Shown: one piece after another, positions 9,126 through 16,017 of the stretch | How positions within the stretch are numbered: position 1 is the stretch's first letter | Layout of the letters: every line of letters begins with the position of its first letter | Assembly (NCBI GenBank): GCA_036004805.1 | Contig: DASYRB010000008.1 | Location: 3,090 to 67,089, forward strand | Origin: Candidatus Norongarragalinales archaeon | GTDB lineage: Archaea > Micrarchaeota > Micrarchaeia > Norongarragalinales > DASYRB01 | Direction of reading: 5' to 3' | DNA length: 64,000 nucleotides | Made by a program: the position numbers and the translations under genes | The notes under the pieces: model-generated | What the model was told of the DNA's origin: nothing | The model's input: the letters and a program-made list of their open reading frames with translations, nothing else | Database searches by the model: none

Positions 9126-10318
9126 TCGAAAGTTAGCGACAATGGCATGAATTTGCGCGCCACGATCTTTCCGTCCACGAAGACGGGCTTTTCTTGAATC
9201 TTTCCAACACCAAGGATCGCGCTTTCTGGATAGTTGGGAATTGGAGTCGCGTAAGTGCCGCCGATGCCGCCGAAGCTCGTCACGGTGAACGTGCCGCCTT
9301 GCAAATCTGCGAGGTCGATGGTTCGTTTTTTGGCTTTGTCGATGAGGTCTTGCAGTTCTTTGATGGTCACGTTCATCGTTTTTTCATCCGCGCGCTTCAG
9401 GATCGGGACGAGGAGTCCTTCGGGGGTGTCGACCGCGATGCCGATGTTGTAATACTTCTTGATGAGAATTTCTTGCGTCTGGTCGTCGAGGGACGCGTTG
9501 ACGTACTTGTGCTCGGGCATTTTCAACACGTGAACGCACGCGCGCAGCACGAACGGCAGGAACGTCAAGTGCATGCCTTTCTTCTTCAATTTTGGAGCCT
9601 CTTTCTCCTTGAGAGCCACAAGGTCGGTCACGTCGACATCATCGAAAGTGGTGACGAGTACTTGGTGCTTGGCCGATTCTTCCATGTGTCTCGCGGTCGC
9701 TCTGCGAATTCCTGCCAGCGGTACGCGTTCGATGTATCCGTACAAGTCGTAGCGGGGGGAAACTTTCACGCCGCCCGGTGGAACTTCCGTTTTTGCCACC
9801 GGCAGAGTTTTTGTTGAAGCGTTGACGTCTTGTTCCGTGATGCGGCCGCCGGGTCCGGAACCTTTGATGCCGTGAATGTCCACGTCTTTCTTTTTCGCGA
9901 GCGCGCGCACCGCGGGAGTGGCGAGGACTTCGCGCATGATCGTGATCTTCGAGGGCGTTGCGGGTTTGGCTTCTTCCTCTTCTTCAGGAGCTTCCTCGAG
10001 TTCGCCTACTACGCCGTAGAACTTTTTGGGAGCAGTTTTTGCTGGTTGCGCGACTGTGGTTTTTGCGGAGACTTTTTCGCCCGCGCCTCCAATTACTGCG
10101 AGTACTTCGCCGACTTTCACGACTTCGCCTTCTTTTTTGCGGATTTCGAGCAAGGTTCCGCTGGCGGGTGATGGTATTTGAACGATGGCCTTGTCGGTTT
10201 CCACGTCGCAGATGGTTTCGTGTTCTTTGACTTTGTCGCCGGTCTTGAAGCGCCATTTGACGATCGTGCCTTCAGTGATGCCTTCACCGACGTCCGGAAA
10301 CTTGAACTCTATAGCCAT
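9035..10318 (-). CDS. 2-oxoacid dehydrogenase E2 (dihydrolipoamide acyltransferase)
   Basis: 427 aa. Lipoyl domain with the ETDKA lipoyl-lysine motif, an Ala/Pro/Glu linker, a subunit-binding domain (PAVRALAKKKDVDIHGIKGSGPGGRI) and a catalytic domain ending in DHKVFDG. Confidence 0.92.
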   Translation of the reverse strand: MAIEFKFPDVGEGITEGTIVKWRFKTGDKVKEHETICDVETDKAIVQIPSPASGTLLEIRKKEGEVVKVGEVLAVIGGAGEKVSAKTTVAQPAKTAPKKFYGVVGELEEAPEEEEEAKPATPSKITIMREVLATPAVRALAKKKDVDIHGIKGSGPGGRITEQDVNASTKTLPVAKTEVPPGGVKVSPRYDLYGYIERVPLAGIRRATARHMEESAKHQVLVTTFDDVDVTDLVALKEKEAPKLKKKGMHLTFLPFVLRACVHVLKMPEHKYVNASLDDQTQEILIKKYYNIGIAVDTPEGLLVPILKRADEKTMNVTIKELQDLIDKAKKRTIDLADLQGGTFTVTSFGGIGGTYATPIPNYPESAILGVGKIQEKPVFVDGKIVARKFMPLSLTFDHKVFDGAEASRFLNDLKEVLEDPDELLMD

Positions 10319-10323
10319 GGTTA

Positions 10324-11304
10324 TCAGTAATTCTTGGATTCTAAAATAGCCTTTCTCAAGCGCGACGCGTTCGGTATGTAGTTGTTTTCAAGCTTGAATC
10401 CCGGATAAGGCGTGTCCCAGCCCGTGACGCGGGCGATGGGTGCTTCGAGGTGGTCGAATGCTTTTTGTTGCACTCGCGCCGCGACTTCCGCTCCGACGCC
10501 GCCTGTTTTCGTCGCTTCGTGAAGAACGATGCATCTGCCGGTTTTTTCGACGCTCTTCACGATTGTTTCTTCATCCATCGGCGAGATTGTTCGAAGGTCG
10601 ATCACTTCTACGTCTGCTTCTTTCGCTTCGGTCATTGCGTTCGCGGTGTCGGTGGCGAGTTTGGCCATCGCGCCCCAACTCACTACAGTGACGTCGCTTC
10701 CTTCGCGCGTGACTTTCGCTTTGCCAAGCGGAACGGAATATTCTGCGTCAGGTACCTCTTCGCGGAAAGAGCGGTAGATCTTTTTCGGCTCCATGAAAAC
10801 TACTGGATTGTTGTCGCGAATACAGCTGATCATGAGTCCTTTCGCATCGTAGGGCGTCGAGGGCACGACGACCTTCAATCCGGGCACATGCGCGAAGTAG
10901 GCTTCTGGCGATTCGCTGTGGTGCTCAAGCGCCCTGATTCCGCCGCCGTAGGGAAAACGCATCACCATTGGAACAGTGTAGCGGCCGCGCGACCTGTTGC
11001 GGAGCTTCGAGGCATGGCAGATGAGTTGTTCGAACGTGCTGTAAGAAAAACCATCGAACTGAATTTCGACAACGGGACGCATTCCCATGACTGCGAGCCC
11101 GATGGAAGCGCCGATGAATCCGCTCTCGCCGAGCGGCATGTCCACTACGCGATCGCCACCGTAGAGATCAAAAAGTCCTTCGGTGGCACGGAAAACGCCT
11201 CCATCTTTTCCAACGTCTTCACCGAGCACTAGCACGCGTTGGTCTTTCGCCATTTCTTGACGCAGCGCGAGATTGATCGCTTGAATGATGGTGAGTTTGG
11301 CCAT
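10324..11304 (-). CDS. 2-oxoacid dehydrogenase E1 beta subunit
   Basis: ORF 10324..11490 trimmed to MAKLTIIQAINLAL (ATG at 11304, 5 nt after the E1alpha stop). 326 aa, transketolase-like Pyr and C-terminal domains. Confidence 0.9.
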   Translation of the reverse strand: MAKLTIIQAINLALRQEMAKDQRVLVLGEDVGKDGGVFRATEGLFDLYGGDRVVDMPLGESGFIGASIGLAVMGMRPVVEIQFDGFSYSTFEQLICHASKLRNRSRGRYTVPMVMRFPYGGGIRALEHHSESPEAYFAHVPGLKVVVPSTPYDAKGLMISCIRDNNPVVFMEPKKIYRSFREEVPDAEYSVPLGKAKVTREGSDVTVVSWGAMAKLATDTANAMTEAKEADVEVIDLRTISPMDEETIVKSVEKTGRCIVLHEATKTGGVGAEVAARVQQKAFDHLEAPIARVTGWDTPYPGFKLENNYIPNASRLRKAILESKNY

Positions 11305-11308
11305 GAGT

Positions 11309-12385
11309 TTATTCTTCCTCGAGTCCCGCGAGCAGCTCTTTGCGCTGTTCTTCAAGGTTAGGGTTTGTCTTGTCGAAAACGTAATCAAAAAGCTCGTCGG
11401 GCTTCGGCGCTGGGTATGACTCCATTTTTGCGACTGCCGCATCGACGCGCTTGCGGGCGTCTTCTGTGGTTTTCTTTTCGAACCCGTCACTCCAAGCTTT
11501 CTTCTTCACGAAAAACTTCTTGACGCGTTCGATTGGGTCGCGTTTCTTCCACGTTTCCAGTTCGGAAGGGTTGCGGTATCTCGCGGCGTCGTCGGCGGTC
11601 GTGTGGTCGCTCATTCGGTAAGTGAAAAGCTCCAACAACGTCGGACCTCCTCCGTTCCTCGCTTTTTCGAGCGCCTCGCTAACGGCCTTGTAGACCGCGA
11701 CGCAGTCATTTCCATCGACTTGCATTCCTGGAATTCCTGCCGCGATCGCCTTCTGCGCTAATGTTTGCGCGGCCGTTTGCCTCGAGCGCGGCATCGAGAT
11801 TGCCCATTGGTTGTTCTGAGTGATCGCGACGAGCGGCAATTGCAATACTCCCGCGAGGTTGAGTGCTTCGGCGAAGTCTCCCTTCGACGTTCCACCATCA
11901 CCTGTGACGCCGATTGCGGCAGCTTTTTTCTTTTGTAGTTTGAGAGCCCATGCGACGCCCGCCGCGTGAGGAATGTGAGTACCGACCGGAATCGATATTG
12001 GAAAAGTGTTGAGTCCTTCTGGAAACTTTTGTCCACGCTCATCACCATTCCAAGCAAGATAATGATTTTCGGGCAGCAGTCCGAGAGTGAAAAGCACGCC
12101 CTGCTCGCGGAAAGAGGGTAGGAACCAGTCTTCTTTCTTCATCGCGAAACCGATGCCGACATGAGCTTCTTGTCCTCGCGCTGGAGCGTAAGTGCCCATT
12201 CTTCCCTCGCGCTGCAAAGCCACTGCGGTTTCATCTACGGTGCGCGTGAACACCATCACTTCATACATTCGTTTGAGCGTCGCGTCGTCGAGAGACTTAG
12301 GCCATTGCGAAGCGTCAGCATTGCCTTCTTCGTCAACGACTTGCAAATAATCGACGCTTGCTTGGAAAATTGTTTTGCGAGGCAT
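11309..12385 (-). CDS. 2-oxoacid dehydrogenase E1 alpha subunit (TPP-binding)
   Basis: 358 aa. TPP motif GDGGTSKGDFAEALNLAGV...NNQWAIS. Whether it is pyruvate- or branched-chain-type cannot be resolved. Confidence 0.9.
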   Translation of the reverse strand: MPRKTIFQASVDYLQVVDEEGNADASQWPKSLDDATLKRMYEVMVFTRTVDETAVALQREGRMGTYAPARGQEAHVGIGFAMKKEDWFLPSFREQGVLFTLGLLPENHYLAWNGDERGQKFPEGLNTFPISIPVGTHIPHAAGVAWALKLQKKKAAAIGVTGDGGTSKGDFAEALNLAGVLQLPLVAITQNNQWAISMPRSRQTAAQTLAQKAIAAGIPGMQVDGNDCVAVYKAVSEALEKARNGGGPTLLELFTYRMSDHTTADDAARYRNPSELETWKKRDPIERVKKFFVKKKAWSDGFEKKTTEDARKRVDAAVAKMESYPAPKPDELFDYVFDKTNPNLEEQRKELLAGLEEE

Positions 12386-12460
12386 TTCTACGAACGCTCC
12401 TTAACGATGTTTTGAATAAAAAGCTCTCCCACCCGCAGACAACTCCACAAAGCCTTAAAT

Positions 12461-12778
12461 ATGTCATGTATGTCAAATATGTCTTTAGATAGTATGGGAC
12501 ACATAACTTTGAGCGTTTCTGACGACGTGCTTGCAGAGATGAGGAAGCACCGAAAAATCAAGTGGAGCGAAGTAGTGCGAATAAGCATCGCGCACGAGCT
12601 GGAACAATTGCACTATTCAGAAGGCGGCATTATATCCGGTGAAGAACTATACGGCAGTCTTAAGCCCGAAGTTCGCGAAATGTTGGATAGAATTCCCGAA
12701 AGGAAAATGGTCATGCTTCAAAAAGAGGTGTTGAGACGAGAGAAGAAAAGATTGAAGTACTTGACACGAACGTCCTGA
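12461..12778 (+). CDS. Putative antitoxin (VapB-like) of a PIN toxin module
   Basis: 105 aa. ITLSVSDDVLAEMRKHRKIKWSEVVR resembles archaeal antitoxin N-termini, and the ORF sits immediately upstream of, and overlapping, the PIN ORF. The true start may be the internal MGHITLS (12494). Confidence 0.5.
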   Translation: MSCMSNMSLDSMGHITLSVSDDVLAEMRKHRKIKWSEVVRISIAHELEQLHYSEGGIISGEELYGSLKPEVREMLDRIPERKMVMLQKEVLRREKKRLKYLTRTS

Positions 12779-13047
12779 TCGAAGGTAAGCGAGGACTCAC
12801 GACCATTTTTAGTATTCTTGAATTTCCTCAGGCGGAACGCGGTTGCGAGATAATTTATCCGAATCGCGAAGATTACAAAAAAGCAATGGAGCTTTCAGTC
12901 AGGCTTTTCGATGCAGGAATGCCATTAGCTGTTGCAGACCTGATGATTGCGAGCATCTGCATTAATCGCGGACTTCCTCTAGCCACTAAAGACCGTGACT
13001 TTGAACGCATTAGTAAAATAGACCGACTGCGTCTTAGGACCGTTTGA
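12751..13047 (+). CDS. PIN-domain toxin (VapC-like); no canonical start codon
   Basis: Not in the ORF track. Hand translation from 12751: IEVLDTNVLIEGKRGLTTIFSILEFPQAERGCEIIYPNREDYKKAMELSVRLFDAGMPLAVADLMIASICINRGLPLATKDRDFERISKIDRLRLRTV*. Has the classic PIN acidic residues (DTN, ADLMIA, KDRDF). The frame opens at 12691, but there is no ATG/GTG/TTG before the PIN core. Confidence 0.6.
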   Translation: MEVLDTNVLIEGKRGLTTIFSILEFPQAERGCEIIYPNREDYKKAMELSVRLFDAGMPLAVADLMIASICINRGLPLATKDRDFERISKIDRLRLRTV

Positions 13048-13903
13048 ATTCAATGTTTTTAACGAACAATTCCCCAGCGCGATAAGAACTGCGCACGAAT
13101 GGACCGGCAGCGACGAAAGCGAATCCGCGTTTCAATCCTTCTTTTTCGTAATCTTTGAACTCTGCAGGCGTCACGTAGCGCGCGACGAGCAAGTGATTCT
13201 GCGAGGGGCGCAAGTATTGTCCGAGCGTGAGAATGTCCACGCCTGCATTGCGGAGGTCTTCCATTGCTTGCAACACTTCTTCGCGCTCTTCGCCGAGTCC
13301 GAGCATCAAGCTGCTCTTCGTGAAACGCGCGCCGGCTTGCTTTGCAAACTTCAAAACGCCGAGTGATTGTTCGTATCCTGCGCGAAAATCACGAACACTA
13401 GATTGCAATCTCTTCACGGTTTCCAAGTTGTGAGCAAAAACAGTCGGCTTCGCTTCAAGCACGGTTTGAATGCATTTTTCGTTGCCGCGAAAATCAGGAG
13501 TCAAGACTTCGATTAGTGTTTTCGGGTTTTGCTTCCTGATTTCTGAAATGCACTCGGCAAAATGCGCTGCGCCCTGATCCGGCAACTCGTCACGATCAAC
13601 ACTAGTCACGACGACGTAGTCTAGGTTCATTCGCTTGACCGCTTCCGCGAGCCTTTGCGGTTCTGTTGTGTCGAGTGGTGCGGGTTTGAATGCGGTTTTC
13701 ACGTGGCAAAATCTGCAGCCGCGCGTGCAGGTGTCGCCCATTACCATGAATGTCGCGGTGCCGCCACTCCAGCACTCGTTCAGGTTGGGGCAGTGCGCTT
13801 CTTCGCAAACAGTAACCATTCCCAACTCTTTGACGGTTTCTTTGGTTTGTTGGAACTGCTGGTTGAGAACTAGCGGTATGGAGAGCCATTCGGGCTTTGG
13901 CAT
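13034..13903 (-). CDS. lipA: Lipoyl synthase
   Basis: ORF 13034..14110 trimmed to MPKPEWLSIPL (ATG at 13903). 289 aa. Auxiliary cluster CPNLNECW and radical-SAM CTRGCRFC. Confidence 0.9.
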   Translation of the reverse strand: MPKPEWLSIPLVLNQQFQQTKETVKELGMVTVCEEAHCPNLNECWSGGTATFMVMGDTCTRGCRFCHVKTAFKPAPLDTTEPQRLAEAVKRMNLDYVVVTSVDRDELPDQGAAHFAECISEIRKQNPKTLIEVLTPDFRGNEKCIQTVLEAKPTVFAHNLETVKRLQSSVRDFRAGYEQSLGVLKFAKQAGARFTKSSLMLGLGEEREEVLQAMEDLRNAGVDILTLGQYLRPSQNHLLVARYVTPAEFKDYEKEGLKRGFAFVAAGPFVRSSYRAGELFVKNIEFKRS

Positions 13904-13957
13904 GTCAAAAGCAAGGTCTTTTAGTTTAAAACACGCTCGAAAAACTCGTAGACAGAA

Positions 13958-14566
13958 ATGAGCAAGCTTGAAAAATTCTTGACGATCGGCAACAGGCAGG
14001 TCGTGATTAATCATTTGAAAAAGATGAGGAATCCGGCAAAGATCGTGCATGCTTTGCGTCATGAAGATTGGCAAGTTCAGACGACAGCCATGCGCGCGTT
14101 GGCGAGGCAAGGCAGGGCGAGTGCTCCTTTTGCGCCAAAAATTCGAGACGCAATTACTGAAAACTTATTTACTGAAAACATACCCGTTGCGTTTTCTGCC
14201 TTGAGCCAAATGGGTCCTGAAGCTGCGCCGAGCGCGGTGAAAATAATTGAAGAAACTCTGCGAAAAAGGCGTTCAGTAATAACGCACTGGGAAGGATTTT
14301 CTCATACCGAGATAGGAGAATTGTTCTCGCAATTCGGACCTAAGGCCGCTCCGCACTTCGCATTGTTACTCAACGGCAGCGACTTGGACGCGGTAGAACT
14401 TGCCGCGAAAGTGCTGGCAAAAATCGGAACGCCTATAGAGAAGGAAAAGCTTTGGGAAAAGATTCAAGAGCTGAGAAAGAGCAAAAAAGACACGTTGGAG
14501 ACTAAAGTGGCGTTGAAGATGGCTATTGACGAGATCGACAAGCGATATCCTAGCGCTTCTTCTTGA
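13958..14566 (+). CDS. HEAT-repeat protein, 'MSKLEKF' family copy 1
   Basis: 202 aa. The N-terminus MSKLEKFLTIGNRQVVINHLKKMRNPAKIVHALRHEDWQVQTTAMRALARQG is paralogous to 46018..46362 and 49145..49492. Further helical HEAT-like repeats follow. Confidence 0.7.
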   Translation: MSKLEKFLTIGNRQVVINHLKKMRNPAKIVHALRHEDWQVQTTAMRALARQGRASAPFAPKIRDAITENLFTENIPVAFSALSQMGPEAAPSAVKIIEETLRKRRSVITHWEGFSHTEIGELFSQFGPKAAPHFALLLNGSDLDAVELAAKVLAKIGTPIEKEKLWEKIQELRKSKKDTLETKVALKMAIDEIDKRYPSASS

Positions 14567-14768
14567 CGAGCTTGTTTTTCGCTTTCAATATCCACAACAG
14601 CCAGCTGCGTGCTTTTGGTCGCGGGTCGCGCGCGGGAGCTGGCGGGTGTAATGGATCTGGTCTTCGGATCGGTTCCGGGGCGGGTGGTTCGCGTAACGGT
14701 CGTGGTTCTGGTTCTTTGACTGGTCGTGGTCGTGGTTTTTCGGGCAGTGGTTGTCTCTTTGGCTCCAT
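14550..14768 (-). CDS. Proline-rich ORF, in frame with and 6 nt downstream of the stop of gene 14775..15920
   Basis: 72 aa: MEPKRQPLPEKPRPRPVKEPEPRPLREPPAPEPIRRPDPLHPPAPARDPRPKARSWLLWILKAKNKLVKKKR. It lies in a low-complexity region that is open in several frames, so coding status is uncertain. Confidence 0.3.
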   Translation of the reverse strand: MEPKRQPLPEKPRPRPVKEPEPRPLREPPAPEPIRRPDPLHPPAPARDPRPKARSWLLWILKAKNKLVKKKR

Positions 14769-14774
14769 TTTTTT

Positions 14775-15920
14775 TCACGCGGGGAAAGACGCATCAATAT
14801 CTTTCAGGTCGTCTGACAAGTCTTTGAATTTTTCGTCTTCTTTATCGCTATCCCTCGCTTCACTAATCGCTTTCAGGCGAGCGTGGAGCATTTTGGGAGA
14901 CATGAGTGCTAAGATGGACATGTTGTAGAGCAACGCGCTCGTTCCTTTCGGCGGCTCGACGAGGAGTTTTCTTGAAGAAAGCCCGGTGAGCAGGTGTTTT
15001 GTGAATTGCGGTCCGCTCATGAAGTACCATCGCTCGTGCTCCATTTTTCCCGTCTCTTCATCGAACTTGTCGTGTTCTGGGCCGGTAAGATCTCCGGGTT
15101 TCGGCAGGCCGAACGCTAGGGCGCTTTCCGAGATCGCTTTGCTGATTTCTTGCAGCAGCACGTTGAAAGTGACTGCGCGCGACTCTGCTCTGGGAATTTT
15201 GCCCGTGAAGTGAATTTCAGTGTGCCCCGCAACGAATGGCGGGTGCTCCAAGATTCCAGCGGCCGGACCTTCCATGTGTGGCGGCTCTGTGAATTGTATG
15301 AGTTGCGCGAGGTTCGAGTGCAAGCGGTAGAGGTTGTAGAGTCTTGGGTCGATGTGGTCAAGTTCTTCCTTCGCGAGCAGGAGCGCGTCAGTCATGTGCG
15401 AGATCGAGCTGCCTTGAATGATGGCGTTGTGCGTCTGTCTTTTCTGGATCATGTCGCGCAAGCGTTTTTCGAGGTGTTCCTCTTCTCTTTCTTCGGGCGG
15501 CCTTTCTTTCGGTTCTTCGGGAGGCTCGCCGCCGAGATGCATGACTTCGTCGATCGGTATCGGCTTTCCAGTGATTTCTGTTTTTTTCACGAGTCCCTCG
15601 ACATCTTTCTTTTCTAGACCGTAGGCTTCGGCGATTGATTGTTTGGCGATCTCTTGCAACCGTGCTTTGTGGTGGGCTTCGAGCGAAATGACCTTTTTTT
15701 CCGTGTCTAGCAGGGCTTGAATTATCTTCATGAAGTTGCCCGCATGACCGGGCTGCAGGTCAGTGGGATCGTGTTCGCCGAGCGCTCGCTTGGCGGAAAA
15801 GACTTGCCCGATTGCTCTTGTGCGTTCTTCTTCCGCGAACTCGGCAATGTGCGGTCCGCTGAGTACTGGGTGTTTGCCGAATGGCGTTTCGCCTTTTGCA
15901 AAGCGCTCTTTGAAACCCAT
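14775..15920 (-). CDS. Hypothetical protein (381 aa), orphan
   Basis: Long clean ORF with an ATG start and a TATA-like box about 30 nt upstream. Acidic/Lys-rich with a PPEEPKERPPEEREEE linker. No motif recognised. Confidence 0.75.
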   Translation of the reverse strand: MGFKERFAKGETPFGKHPVLSGPHIAEFAEEERTRAIGQVFSAKRALGEHDPTDLQPGHAGNFMKIIQALLDTEKKVISLEAHHKARLQEIAKQSIAEAYGLEKKDVEGLVKKTEITGKPIPIDEVMHLGGEPPEEPKERPPEEREEEHLEKRLRDMIQKRQTHNAIIQGSSISHMTDALLLAKEELDHIDPRLYNLYRLHSNLAQLIQFTEPPHMEGPAAGILEHPPFVAGHTEIHFTGKIPRAESRAVTFNVLLQEISKAISESALAFGLPKPGDLTGPEHDKFDEETGKMEHERWYFMSGPQFTKHLLTGLSSRKLLVEPPKGTSALLYNMSILALMSPKMLHARLKAISEARDSDKEDEKFKDLSDDLKDIDASFPA

Positions 15921-15948
15921 TATTGTATGAAGAGTCGCTTGCGTGCGG

Positions 15949-15956
15949 AATAAAAA
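15949..15956 (-). promoter_or_regulatory. TATA-like box (TTTTTATT on the minus strand) for gene 14775..15920
   Basis: Plus strand reads ggAATAAAAAgg. Located 29-36 nt upstream of the ATG at 15920, the geometry expected for a leaderless or short-leader archaeal transcript. The same motif and spacing occur at 47363 and 47761. Confidence 0.4.
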
Positions 15957-16017
15957 GGTGATTGCGCGCTAACCGTTCCAGAAGAAAAAAGTTTCAACAA
16001 AACAACCAAAAAAAAAA

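Noticed and set aside
13904-14110. Upstream 69 codons of track ORF 13034..14110 (lipA extension), and similar extensions at 11305..11490 (E1beta), 52619..53140 (DUF373-like) and 49035..49151 (pcn)
   Set aside because: The extensions overlap neighbouring genes or promoters, are Arg-rich or non-homologous, and internal starts give canonical protein lengths and N-termini.
14464-14928. Alternative-frame ORFs in the low-complexity region (Thr-rich 14464..14778 minus; Gly-rich 14563..14928 plus)
   Set aside because: Both run into or over neighbouring confident genes on the opposite strand, and they arise from the same repetitive CCN/GGN sequence. Only the frame continuous with the upstream gene was kept, at low confidence.
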